From Squalus acanthias (Eukaryota), in the NCBI GenBank assembly GCA_030390025.1, contig CM059432.1, positions 60,824,001 to 60,888,000 of the forward strand: 64,000 bases of DNA. The letters are read 5' to 3'. The stretch's first letter is position 1. Every line of letters begins with the position of its first letter. This document shows, in pieces, positions 1-11,064 of the stretch. The notes beneath the pieces are model-generated. The model searched no databases, had not been told where the DNA came from, and saw nothing but the letters and a program-made list of their open reading frames with translations. A program made the translations under genes and the position numbers.

Positions 1-445
1 AACTTAAACAGCTGTCGGTGGAAAGGGTTAACTCCTTTGCAGGTTTTTAAGAAGGTGGAGCGACACATTGTCAGGGGCACGCAATTGCGTCACTTCACAT
101 TAAAAAAATGTTTACTTTCCCGATCGAAAAAGACAGTTGTGTTCTCACAATTTAATAGGTTTGTTACCCTTAATAATTCCAATCTAATTCAGACCAATAT
201 TTTATTAACTAAACACGAACAGAAGAGATAAAACAAAACAAAATAGCACATGCTTGCAGAAAACAGTAAATTATGTCATATTTCTTATTGCCTTTCTTCA
301 GATGCCTTTCCAAAATACTGTAAAAACATTGAATACAACTGGAGAAAAATTAGTTTTTCACATTTAAACAAATCAAATCAAACTGCTTTGGAAGATTTCA
401 CCATAGCAACCACAACTCCAAGGTTAACTCTTAGACTGAAACTTA

Positions 446-1102
446 GGCCTTGATTTTGCCAGGCCCGAGGAGGCGGGAATGGAGGCATGTGGGGTATTAA
501 AATTGCAAAAAATGGCGGGCGGGCCCGAACTCACCTCCATCCCACCTCCGAGCAATTTTTCCAAATGCGTGGTTTCTGATCCCGTCTCCATGAGGCGGGA
601 TAGGCACTTAAGGCCCTTAACAACCACTTAATTGCCTCTATAATCCCATTTTGAGAGGCCTTTCTGATTTTAACACTTGATGCATGCCTCCTCTGAAACA
701 CGACGGTGAAACCTGGCGGTAGCACACTTGGATTGCTGACTATCAGCTGCAGCTCCACCATTAAAAAGGAGATTTGATCAATCATCATTCTGGTGGTGGC
801 GAAAAAAATCTGGGAGCAGACTTAGGTCTCCTGCTGCTCATTTTGCCTCCAGGTCCCTCTCACAGCAAAGGCCAAAAGGTTGGCAGTCTTTGCAGACCTT
901 AAATGCAGCAGCAATGATGACATCATCAGAGGCGACTTTCAGACTGAAAAAAATAATTGGGTCATGGGTTCCCACATGCTGGAACTTAATTGCCCAATTA
1001 GGGGAAAATCGAATAATTCTCCCACATCCAATTGGAGTCGGGTGGCTAACACGAAAAGCGGATGACACGACCCCAGCCCGCCCCAATGACAAAATCGAGC
1101 CC
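446..1102 (-). mobile_element. Non-autonomous PIF/Harbinger-like MITE, copy 1
   Basis: The left end GGCCTTGATTTTGCCA and the reverse complement of the right end GGGCTCGATTTTGTCA match at 13/16. Flanks are TTA and TAA. It is homologous in inverted orientation to 1378-2024. Confidence 0.8.
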
Positions 1103-1377
1103 TAATCTTTTGTTAAACAAACTTTTTGTTCTCCGTTTTTACATACCAGCTTAACTTAAATTGTAGTTCAAAGTTTTTTTTCTAATTCTGTTATTTGCAC
1201 ATTCTTAAAACTTCCAAAATCCACGACAAGACAAAAGGGTTAAACGCTTTTAACACAGAGAAGTGGGTGGAGCTAAAACACACATAACAGACACTTTTTG
1301 TTTTAAAGACAGACTTTCAGAGAAAAGGAATACTGTAACATCTTAAACATTCATGGTCAGGAAAACTTTAACACACA

Positions 1378-2024
1378 CGGCTGGATTTTGATACTGGGGC
1401 GGGTTGGAGTCGTGTCATCCACTTTTCATGTTATCTACCCGACTGCAATTGGATGTGGGAGATTGATGCAATTTTCACCTAATTGGGCAATTGAGTTCCA
1501 GCATGTGCGAACCCATGACCCAATTAGTGTTTTCAGTCTGAAAGTCGCCTCTGATGATGCCATCATTGCTGCTGCATTGAAGGTCTGCAAAGACTGCCTG
1601 GGCTTTGCTGTGAGAGGACCTGGATGCAAAATGAGAAGCAGCAGCCCTAAGTCTGCTCCCAGATATTTTTGCACCACCACTCCCAGATCAGTCTCCCATC
1701 CACCACCACTCCCAGATCAGTCTCCCAGCCAGCCAAATGTGCTCCCGCCAGGTTTCACATTCGTGGTTCAGAACAGGCATGCTTCACGTAGAAAAAGGGT
1801 TAAAATCACAAAGGCCTTTCAAAATGGCATGATAGAGGCAATTTAGTGCTTGTTAAGGGCCTTAACAGCCTATCCCGCCTCTTAGAGGCGAGACGGAGTC
1901 GGGACCAGCAGACACAATTTAATGAAAATTGTGTGGAGTTGGGATGGAGGCGGGCCAGTTTTCGCAATTTTAACCCCCCACACACCTCCAAACCCACCTC
2001 CACGGGTCAATGAAAATCCAGCCC
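1378..2024 (+). mobile_element. Non-autonomous PIF/Harbinger-like MITE, copy 2 (inverted relative to copy 1)
   Basis: TIRs CGGCTGGATTTTGAT and rc GGGCTGGATTTTCAT, with a 3-bp TSD ACA (1375-1377, 2025-2027). The ORF-track translations of the two copies align (GVVSS..PT.IGCGR...FSPNWAI.FQHV.THDPI). Confidence 0.82.
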
Positions 2025-2521
2025 ACACTTTCACACAAACTGAAATTCCAGCATTTTTTTAAGGTTCCTTTCACTCAGCAAATCTTGTGTTTATTTGTCT
2101 CGGCACAGACATTAATAACTTCCATGTCGGTAAAACTTTAAGTTTCTCTTTTTTTTTCCTTTTTCCTTTTTCCTTTTTTTAAAATCGGTGTCTCAGCAGC
2201 TTTTCCTGGCTTTCCAAATGACTGTTTTTTCCCTTTGCTGAGGTTTCAGATTGGTTAGCCTGCAATTTAGATTTTTTCCCTCTTTATCTCCCCCCTCTCT
2301 CTCCTGCACTTTATGCTTCACCTCCTTCAGGCTATCTATCAACTGTTCCCGGTGATATGCCAACGCCATTGTATTTCTGGTTTTACTTTTTAACACACTC
2401 TTTCCCGCTCCCTTCTTTCAGAGAGAAAAAAAAACTATACTCAGTCTAAGCAACGATCACGTGCATTTGACTGAGTCCCTCCAGTCCCCCCGACCGGAAC
2501 CTTACAACTCCCAACTCTGTG

Positions 2522-2539
2522 ATCCCACTTCTGACACCA
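2522..2539 (-). promoter_or_regulatory. Primer-binding site complementary to the tRNA-Leu 3' end
   Basis: The minus strand reads TGGTGTCAGAAGTGGGAT (18 nt), 1 nt after the LTR end. The plus strand ATCCCACTTCTGACACCA equals the 3' end of vertebrate tRNA-Leu(CAA) including CCA, as recalled. Confidence 0.88.
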
Positions 2540-2540
2540 C

Positions 2541-3299
2541 TGTAAGTTTAGGATCACAGGTCACACACAGATTACCCAAAGGGCCTTAGGAGTTGTAAGG
2601 CTTTTTATTAAAGAGCTACAGTTTTAAAGCATAATCAGATATTACATATGGTTTAAGCTAAGTATAATAGACATACAACCCGTTACAGTAGAGAGTGATC
2701 TACGACTCCCGAATCGGAATGCCACGACCGGATGGACGGTTGGTTAGATACCCGATGAGACAGCGTGGAGGCCTCGGGTCAGCGGGTCTCTGCAGTCAGT
2801 AACAGCAGTAACTTCTGTTGATTTGTCCCTCGAGCTGTTGGAGGTGTTAGGCCATCAGCCACCTCAGGGAAGCCTTCGCCCCTAACTGCCTGATTTCCTC
2901 TCTCGGTCGTCTATATTTATAGTTATTTCGGTGGGCTGGTGGATACCTGGTGTCAATCATTTGTTCCCCATCCTATTGTCCAATTACAAGGGAGAGGCTA
3001 CCTTTGACAGCCCCCTTCCAGCCTCATGAGGTCATTTTCCTCCTTATCTCTGTTCTAAAGGTCTTGTTGCCCTCTTGTAGACAACTTGTTTATCCTACAG
3101 CTCCTTGCTGCATCCCGTATCAGGCCTAGTTATGCCCACTCGAAGGCCTGTTTTTTGTGTTCTGATCTTGTAATTCAACTCTCTGTACAGCTATTTTTCT
3201 GACGTGACTGGAATTTTTCTGTGTCATCAACTTAGGCAAACTGCTGATCTAGGGAACCCGTAACAGACTATTATTTCTTTCAATCCACGATTTCTTACA
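2541..3299 (-). mobile_element. 5' long terminal repeat (759 bp)
   Basis: Bounded by TGTAAG...CTTACA and adjacent to the PBS. On the minus strand there is a TATAAATA at ~2913-2920 and an AATAAA at 2604-2609, in the expected order. Confidence 0.82.
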
Positions 3300-3720
3300 G
3301 AAAGGAAAAGTAAGAAAAAATATTTAATTTAACATTTTTAAAATCTCTAACAATTTACTATATACAGGAATGAGATTGAACAGTTTAAATTGTTCCCTTT
3401 CTGGGCCAGATAGGTCGATAGTCATTGCATTAACAATTATCCCATCGTTAAATAGGTAATTACGCTGTTAAGTTCCAGCCCAAACTTTCTGCGGCGAGTT
3501 TCATGGGCAACTAATCTGCAAAACCATCAAGTTCTTAAAAATTACAGGGAGGCTTAGGGCGTGATGCTGTTTGTGTCAAGAGGCATAAATCGACCAGCAA
3601 GTTCTGGAGATTTGCAACTCACGCTGTGTCTCTTAATCCCCTGAACTTGTTGGCCAATTTGTGCATTAATAACGGCTTGAGTCATTAACACTCCATTATT
3701 TTTCCAGCAAGATCTGGTCC
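3300..3720. mobile_element. Terminal part of a Harbinger-type MITE, probably interrupted by the LTR element
   Basis: It ends in a TIR-like CCAGCAAGATCTGGTCC at 3720. The partner end is not in the window. Confidence 0.5.
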
Positions 3721-3749
3721 GAGGTGTGTCTTTCATTACTGGACTCGTG
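3720..3749 (+). repeat. Orphan monomer of the 26-bp satellite
   Basis: CGAGGTGTGTCTTTCATTACTGGACTCGTG(G) matches the satellite consensus at 27/31 positions. Confidence 0.85.
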
Positions 3750-4419
3750 GGGGTAGAGTTTCTGATTCGAGCGCAATTCTGAAATTGTGCCCAAAATGTG
3801 CTCCAAATTCCGCTGGTTGGGTTACAGTTCAAGTTTCTGCTAAAAGTCATTTGCATAATCATAAACGTAAGATCTTCCATGAACCAACGCGTAATAGAAC
3901 GTAATTTTTTTTTTCCATTAAAAATTATTCTTTAATGTATTTAAGCATGGTAATCTGCTGCAGTTTTATTAATACAACTGAAAATGAGTATCACAAAAAA
4001 TAAGCATTTTTAATGTGTCCAGTCCTCCACCTGTGAGTGTTCTGATTTTAAATCACTGAAAATTACTTTAAAAAACTATACTGAACTAGTTACTACTTTC
4101 ATTGGTGTACACTAGTCATTTTCATAGTAAATGTTTTGATATGAAAAACTTTAAAAACATGCCTACTAGTGCCTGTGCCGAAGAAAATGAACGCAATTTG
4201 AAGAGCAATTGGCGGAAACTGGTAATGTCGACCTCGGGGCATGGCTAGTTTTCCAGGTGAATAGTATCTTCAACCAACATAAAAGATCGCAGAAACTCGA
4301 GCCTAAGTACTTTTGGGCGTAACTCACATTTTAAATTCCCTGATCTGTTGCGCTGGTTCGGCCAATTCCACCCGGATTTCACTGATATTACTGGCATAAA
4401 GGAGCGGAAACTCTACACC
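3750..4419. mobile_element. PIF/Harbinger-like MITE (670 bp) inserted in a satellite monomer
   Basis: TIRs GGGGTAGAGTTTC and rc GGTGTAGAGTTTC match at 12/13. There is a 3-bp TSD GTG at 3747-3749 and 4420-4422. Confidence 0.85.
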
Positions 4420-4449
4420 GTGATGTCTCTTTCATTACTGGACACATGG
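4420..4449 (+). repeat. Remainder of the orphan satellite monomers
   Basis: GTGATGTCTCTTTCATTACTGGACACATGG restores the 26-bp period once the MITE and one TSD copy are removed. Confidence 0.8.
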
Positions 4450-4960
4450 GACCCGATAATAACGCAGAGGTAGGTTCTGACCGGGGTTGGGGGGCGGGCG
4501 ATAGCAGGCGTGAAACCCGGGAGAAGTTTTGGCGTGTCAGAATGTCCGATTTCAACATGGCTACCTAATTATAATTTTACTTCCGGTTTTCCCATCTCCA
4601 ATGCGCATGACATAATCTCAATGGGACTCTTTAAAGGACCAATTCCAAGATGGAATTTGGAGGATTCGGGAGTTTCTGTCAAGACATGGCAAAGTTTCTA
4701 GATGGACTCGATGCTTAAAGGCTGTGCCCTGCTTTAACGACACATTATTTGATGTATTGCTGGGTGCAGTGAGGACCCGGAAGGAGATAATCTTCCCCAG
4801 CAACCGGAAGAAGAAACCCGTACCTGGATCCAGTGCAGGAAGTGCTTTAATGACCTAACCAGATCAGGAAAAGTGAGTGCAGTTGCAGATTCACCTACAT
4901 CCTGTAGTGCACACCCACCCCTTTCACTCTGTCTTGTCACATGTACTCCATCACATCACT
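4448..4960 (+). mobile_element. Harbinger 5' remnant containing a deleted Myb/SANT-like first exon (4718-4872)
   Basis: Manual translation gives KAVPCFNDTLFDVLLGAVRTRKEIIFPSNRKKKP // RTWIQCRKCFNDLTRSGK, followed by a GTGAGT donor. This is typical of the Harbinger Myb/SANT-like accessory protein, with the middle helix deleted. Confidence 0.7.
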
Positions 4961-5052
4961 ATGTACTCAGTCAGGATGTGTGCAGTAGGTCAGTTACTGT
5001 ATGCTCAGTCAGGATGTGTTCAATAGATACTGCCTGACCTACTGAGTATTTC

Positions 5053-5795
5053 TCACTGGAAGGAGATGCACCGCAGGACACACTCACTGGAAGGAGACGC
5101 ACCGCGGGACACACTCACTGGAAGGAGACGCACCGCGGAATACACTCACTGGAAGGAGACGCACCGCGGGACACACTCACTGGAAGGAGACACCGCGGGA
5201 CACACTCACTGGAAGGAGACACCGCAGGACACACTCACTGGAAGGAGATACCGCGGGACACACTCACTGGAAGGAGACACCGCGGGACACACTCACTGGA
5301 AGGAGACACCGCGGAACACACTCACTAGAAGGAGACACCGCGGGACACACTCACTGGAAGGAGACACCGCAGGACACACTCACTGGAAGGAGACACCGCA
5401 GGACACACTCACTGGAAGGAGACACCTCGGGACACACTCACTGGAAGGAGACACCGCGGGATACACTCACTAGAAGGAGACACCGCGGGACACACTCACT
5501 AGAAGGAGACACCGCGGGACACACTCACTAGAAGGAGACACCGCGGGACACACTCACTGGAAGGAGACACCGCGGGACACACTCACTAGAAGGAGACACC
5601 GCGGGACACACTCACTAGAAGGAGACACCGTGGGACGCACTCACTAGAAGGAGACACCGCGGGACACACTCACTAGAAGGAGACACCACAGGACACACTC
5701 ACTAGAAGGAGACACCGCGGGACACACTCACTGGAAGGAGACACCATGGTACACACTAGAAGGAGACACCACGGAACACACTCACTAGAAGTAGA
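5053..5795 (+). repeat. 29-bp minisatellite (~25 copies)
   Basis: The unit is ACACACTCACTGGAAGGAGACACCGCGGG. The first units are 31 bp, and a CTAGAAG variant dominates the right half. Confidence 0.95.
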
Positions 5796-5809
5796 CGCAC
5801 TATAAGGAG

Positions 5810-7670
5810 GTCGGGACCCAGGGGTGAGGACAGGGCCCAGGAGCGAGGTCAAGGCCCAGGAGCGAAGACGAGGCCCAGGGGCGAGGACGGGGCCCAGGAG
5901 CGAGGACGGGGCCCAGGAGCGAGGTCAAGGCCCAGGAGCGAGGACGGGGCCCAGGCGTGAGGCTGGGAGCCAGGAGTGAGGACGGGGCCCAGGAACGAGG
6001 ACGGGGCCCAGGAGCGAGGTCGAGGCCCAGGAGCGAGGACGGGGCCCAGGAGTGAGGACGGGACCCAGGAGCGAGGACGGGACCCAGGAGCGAGGTCGAG
6101 GCCCAGGAGCGAGGTCAAGGCCCAGGAGCGAGGCTGGGACCCAGGAGTGAGGACGGGACCCAGGAGCGAGGACGGGACCCAGGAGCGAGGACGGGGCCCA
6201 GGAGTGAGGACGGGGCCCAGGAGCGAGGACGGGACCCAGGAGCGAGGACGGGGCCCAGGAGCGAGGACGGGGCCCAGGAGTGAGGACGGGACCCAGGAGC
6301 GAGGACGGGACCCAGGAGCGAGGTCGAGGCCCAGGAGCGAGGTCAAGGCCCAGGAGCGAGGCTGGGACCCAGGAGTGAGGACGGGACCCAGGAGCGAGGA
6401 CGGGGCCCAGGAGTGAGGACGGGGCCCAGGAGCGAGGTCAAGGCCCAGGAGCGAGGTCAAGGCCCAGGAGCGAGGACGGGGCCCAGGAGCGAGGTCGAGG
6501 CCCAGGAGCGAGGCTGGGACCCAGGAGCGAGGACGGGACCCAGGAGCGAGGACGGGGCCCAGGAGCGAGGACGGGGCCCAGGAGCGAGGACGGGGCCCAG
6601 GAGCGAGGACGGGGCCCAGGAGCGAGGACGGGGCCCAGGAGCGAGGACGGGACCCAGGAGCGAGGACGGGGCCCAGGAGCGAGGACGGGGCCCAGGAGCG
6701 AGGACGGGGCCCAGGAGCGAGGACGGGGCCCAGGAGCGAGGACGGGACCCAGGAGAGAGGACGGGGCCCAGGAGCGAGGACGGGGCCCAGGAGTGAGGAC
6801 GGGACCCAGGAGAGAGGACGGGGCCCAGGAGCGAGGTCGAGGCCCAGGTGCGAGGACAGGGCCCAGGAGTGAGGCTGGGAGCCAGGAGTGATGACGGGGC
6901 CCAGGAGCGAGGACGGGGCCCAGGAGCGAGGACGGGGCCCAGGAGCGAGGCTGGGACCCAGGTGCGAGGACGGGACCCAGGAGCGAGGACTGGACCTAGG
7001 AGTGAGGACGGGACCCAGGAGCGAGGTCTAGGCCCAGGTGCGAGGACGGGGACCAGGAGCGAGGACGGGACCCAGGAGCGAGGACGGGACCCAGGAGTGA
7101 GGTCTAGGCCCAGGTGCGAGGACGGGACCCAGGAGTGAGGTCTAGGCCCAGGTGCGAGGACGGGACCCAGGAGCGAGGACGGGACCCAGGAGAGAGGACG
7201 GGGCCCAGGAGCGAGGACGGGGCCCAGGAGTGAGGACGGGACCCAGGAGAGAGGACGGGGCCCAGGAGCGAGGTCGAGGCCCAGGTGCGAGGACAGGGCC
7301 CAGGAGTGAGGCTGGGAGCCAGGAGTGAGGACGGGGCCCAGGAGCGAGGACGGGGCCCAGGAGCGAGGACGGGGCCCAGGAGCGAGGCTGGGACCCAGGT
7401 GCGAGGACGGGACCCAGGAGCGAGGACTGGACCTAGGAGTGAGGACGGGACCCAGGAGCGAGGTCTAGGCCCAGGTGCGAGGACGGGGACCAGGAGCGAG
7501 GACGGGACCCAGGAGCGAGGACGGGACCCAGGAGTGAGGTCTAGGCCCAGGTGCGAGGACGGGACCCAGGAGTGAGGTCTAGGCCCAGGTGCGAGGACGG
7601 GACCCAGGAGCGAGGATGAGGCCCAGGAGCGAGGACGAGCCCAGCAGCGAGGTCAAGGCCCAGGAGTGGC
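5810..7670 (+). repeat. 19-bp GC-rich minisatellite (~97 copies)
   Basis: The unit is AGGAGCGAGGACGGG(G/A)CCC. Internal block duplications have offsets of 228 bp (12 units) and 437 bp (23 units). Confidence 0.95.
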
Positions 7671-10600
7671 GCAGCGTGGACCAGCAGCAGGGTCAGGAGG
7701 ACTACACTGCAGCCTATGAAACCCAGGCAGAGAGGACCTGCGGGAAGGAGGGAGGAGGACAGTAGGAGTATGTTTACGTGTGTGTGCCAAGCCGGTGTAG
7801 CAGAGCCTGGTCTCCAATCATCTTGGATCCCCTTGCCATTGGACCAAGACTTTGCTCTGTCAAGCCCGTGTGGTAGCTGGTGTGCAACGGCCACCCCACG
7901 TTAAAAGAATTCACGCACAGGCATCTTCCACCCTTTAAAATGAAGTTCGGGACCTGGAATGTCAGGACCCTCATGGACAACCCCAACAGTGACAGACCGG
8001 AACGCCATACTGCTATCGTTGCCCGGGAGCTCAGACGTTTCGACATTGACATCGCCACCCTAAGTGAGACCCGGCGGGCAGGGGAAGGCCAGCTCAAGGA
8101 GCAAGGTGGTGGCTACACCTTCTTCTGGAAAGGCAAACCTGAAGAAGAATGGCCGCCTCCATGGGGTAGGCTTCGCCATAAAAAATGAGCTAGTTGAACG
8201 TCTCAGAGACTCCCCTTGTGGAATAAACGAGCGCCTCATGACTCTACGGCTCACCCTAACCCGGAACCAGTGCGCTACGGTCATCAGTGCGTACACCCCA
8301 ACACTGGAAGCCACAGACGAGACCAAAGAGGAGTTCTACTCCAGCCTCGAACAATCCCGGTCCCGAGTCCCAACGGTTGACAAGCTGATCCTCCTTGGTG
8401 ACTTTAACGCCAGAGTTGGAAAGGACACAGACCTCTGGGGAGGTGTGATCGGCAGAGAGGGGGTAGGGGAAGCCAACTCCAACGGTACCCTCCTCCTGAC
8501 GAAATGCTTAGAACATGGCCTTGTCATAACCAACACCTTGTTCCGTCAGAGACACAAGTACAAGGCTTCATGGCAACACCCTCGCTCCAAGCACTGGCAT
8601 CTGCTGGACGACGTCATCGTCCGTGCGAGGGACCGCAAGGACGTCCGCATCACCCGCGCCATGACAGGAGCTGACAACTGCTGGACAGACCACCGCCTAA
8701 ACTGCTCTGTCATCTCCATCAACATAGCCCCAAAACAGCGGCGGCAACAGAAACAATGCCGCAGGAAAATCAACGCTGGAGCACTCAAAGACCATGCTAA
8801 GAAAGCCCTATTCAGCCTGCGCCTCACAAACAACCTGACTACTCCCAGTGATGCAGAGACACACACAAGAGTGTCCACAGCGTCTGGTCTGCACTCAAGG
8901 CCTCCATAATCAGCACCTGTGAAGAGACGCTCGGTCACTCGACCAGGAAACACCAAGACTGGTTCGACGAGAACGACCAGGAGATCCAGGAGCTAATAAG
9001 CCGCAAGCGCAAGGCATTCCTGATCTGGAAACAGCAACAGAACTCGATAGCAAGAAAGCAGCTCTACAGACGCGCGACCTAAAGAACAGATGGTGGGTGG
9101 AGAAAGCGCAGGAGACCCAGCAGCTAGCCGACAACCACGACGTGCGTGGATTCTTAAAACGCAGTCAAGACCACCTACGGCCCAAGCACCCAAGGTCCTA
9201 CCCCACTGCGGGCCAAGAACGGAGAGGTACTCATCAAGGACAGAGAGGCAATCAGTGCCCGCTGGAAGGAGCACTTCAAAGATATCCTTAATCGAGACTC
9301 TGTCTTCGATGCGAGTGTCCTCAACTCCATCCCGCAGCATGCTACCCGCCACCACCTCAGCACAACCCCAGCCCAGCATGAGGTTGAAAAGGCCATCCGA
9401 CAACTGAAGAACAACAAGGCCTCAGGAGCAGATGGAATCCCCGCCGAGGCACTAAAACATGGCGGAGAAGCACTATTGGCGTGAATTCATGAACTAGTTT
9501 CTCTTATTTGGAAGGAGGAGAGCATGCCAGGGGATCTCAGAGACGCCGTAATCGTGATCATCTTCAAGAAAGGTGACAAGTCCGATTGCGGTAATTACAG
9601 AGGAGTCTCCCTGCTGTCTGCCACAGGGAAAGTCATCGCAAGAAACCTCCTCAATCACCTTCTCCCAGTGGCTGAAGAGCTGCTCCCAGAGTCGCAATGT
9701 GGATTCCGCCCACTAAGGGGCACAATGGACATGATCTTCACCGCGCGTCAACTACAAGAGAAATGCAGGGAGCAGCACCAACCGCTGTACATGGCCGCCT
9801 TTGACCTCACAAAGGCCTTCAACACCGTCAACCATGAGGGATTATGGAGTGTCCTCCTCAAATTCGGCTGCCCTCAAAAGTTTGTCACCATCCTCCGTCT
9901 GCTTCACGATGACATGCAAGCCGTGATCCTGACCAATGGATCCACCACAGACCCAATTCATGTACGGACAGGGGTCAAGCAAGGCTGTGTCATTGCACCA
10001 ACGCTCTTCTCGATCTTCCTGGCTGCAATGCTCCATCTCACCCTCAGTAAGCTCCCCGCTGGAGTGGAGCTAATCTACAGAACAAACAGGAAACTGTTCA
10101 ACATCCATCGCCTTCAGTCCAGATCGTCCCATCCTGTGTCATCGAATTACAGTATGCAGACGAAACTTGCGTCTGCGCTCACTCGGAGGTCGAACTCCAA
10201 ACCATCTTCAACACCTTCACCGAAGCGTACGAGAGCATGGGCCTTACACTAAACATCCGTAAGACAAAAGTCCTCTACCAACCTGCCCCCGCCACACAGT
10301 ACTGCTCCCTGATTATCAAAATCCACGACGAGGCCTTGGACAACATGGACCACTTTCCATACCTCGGGAGCCTACTGTCAACAAGGGCAGACCTCGATGA
10401 CGAAGTCCAGCACCGCCTTCAGTGTGCCAGTGCAGCCTTCGGTCGCCTGAGGAAGAGAGTGTTTGAAGACCAGGACCTCAAAGCCAGCACCAAGCTCATG
10501 GTCTACAGAGCAGTAGTGATACCTGCCCTCCTATATGCTTCAGAGACATGGACCATGTACAGCAGGCACCTCAAAGCACTGGAGAGGTACCACCAATGCT

Positions 10601-11064
10601 GCCTCCGCAAGATCCTGCAAATCCATTGGCAGGATAGGCGCACCAACGTCAGTGTTCTCGCTCAGGCCAACATCCCCAGCATCGAAGCTTTGACTACGCT
10701 CGATCAGCTCCAATGGACGGGCCACATCGTCCGCATGCCCGATACGAGACTCCCAAAACAAGCGCTCTACTCGGAGCTCCGACACGGCAAGAGAGCCCCA
10801 GGTGGGCAAAGGAAACGCTTCAAGGACACCCTCAAAGCCTCCTTGAAAAAGTGCAACATCCCCACCGACACCTGGGAATCCCTGGCCCAAAATGGCACAA
10901 AGTGGAGAAGAAGCATCCGGGAAGGCACCGAACACCTCGAGTCTCTTCACCGGGAGCAAGCGTAAGCCAAGCGCAAACAGCGGAAGGAGCGCACGTCAAC
11001 AGAAGCACCCCACCCACCCGTCCCTTCAACCACAGTCTGCCCCACCTGTGACAGAGACTGTAGG
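7670..11064 (+). mobile_element. RTE-clade LINE, near full length, inactivated; degenerate ORF ~7940-11064 (AP endonuclease, reverse transcriptase, truncated C-terminal Cys motif)
   Basis: Motifs include MKFGTWNVRTL, LSETR, LILLGDFNARVG, WTDH, GNYRGVSLLS, PESQCGFRP, FDLTKAF, GVKQGCVIAP, LQYADE, FPYLGS and CPTCDRDC. There are several frameshifts (~8150, ~8870, ~9075-9160, ~10120) and stops (~9482, 10963). The 3' tail is missing. Confidence 0.93.

Larger units (their letters stand above)
1..2540 (-). mobile_element. Internal 5' region (leader / possible degenerate gag start) of an LTR retroelement, running off the left edge and interrupted by two MITEs
   Basis: Lies directly downstream (minus strand) of an LTR and PBS. 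It contains only a short ORF (2193-2396, MALAYHREQLIDSLKEVK...) and no recognisable pol motifs, so the family (Gypsy-like vs retroviral) and the extent are uncertain. Confidence 0.55.

Noticed and set aside
5066..7575. Repetitive ORFs (GTHSLEGD..., GPGARTGPRSEDG...)
   Set aside because: These are translations of the 29-bp and 19-bp minisatellites.
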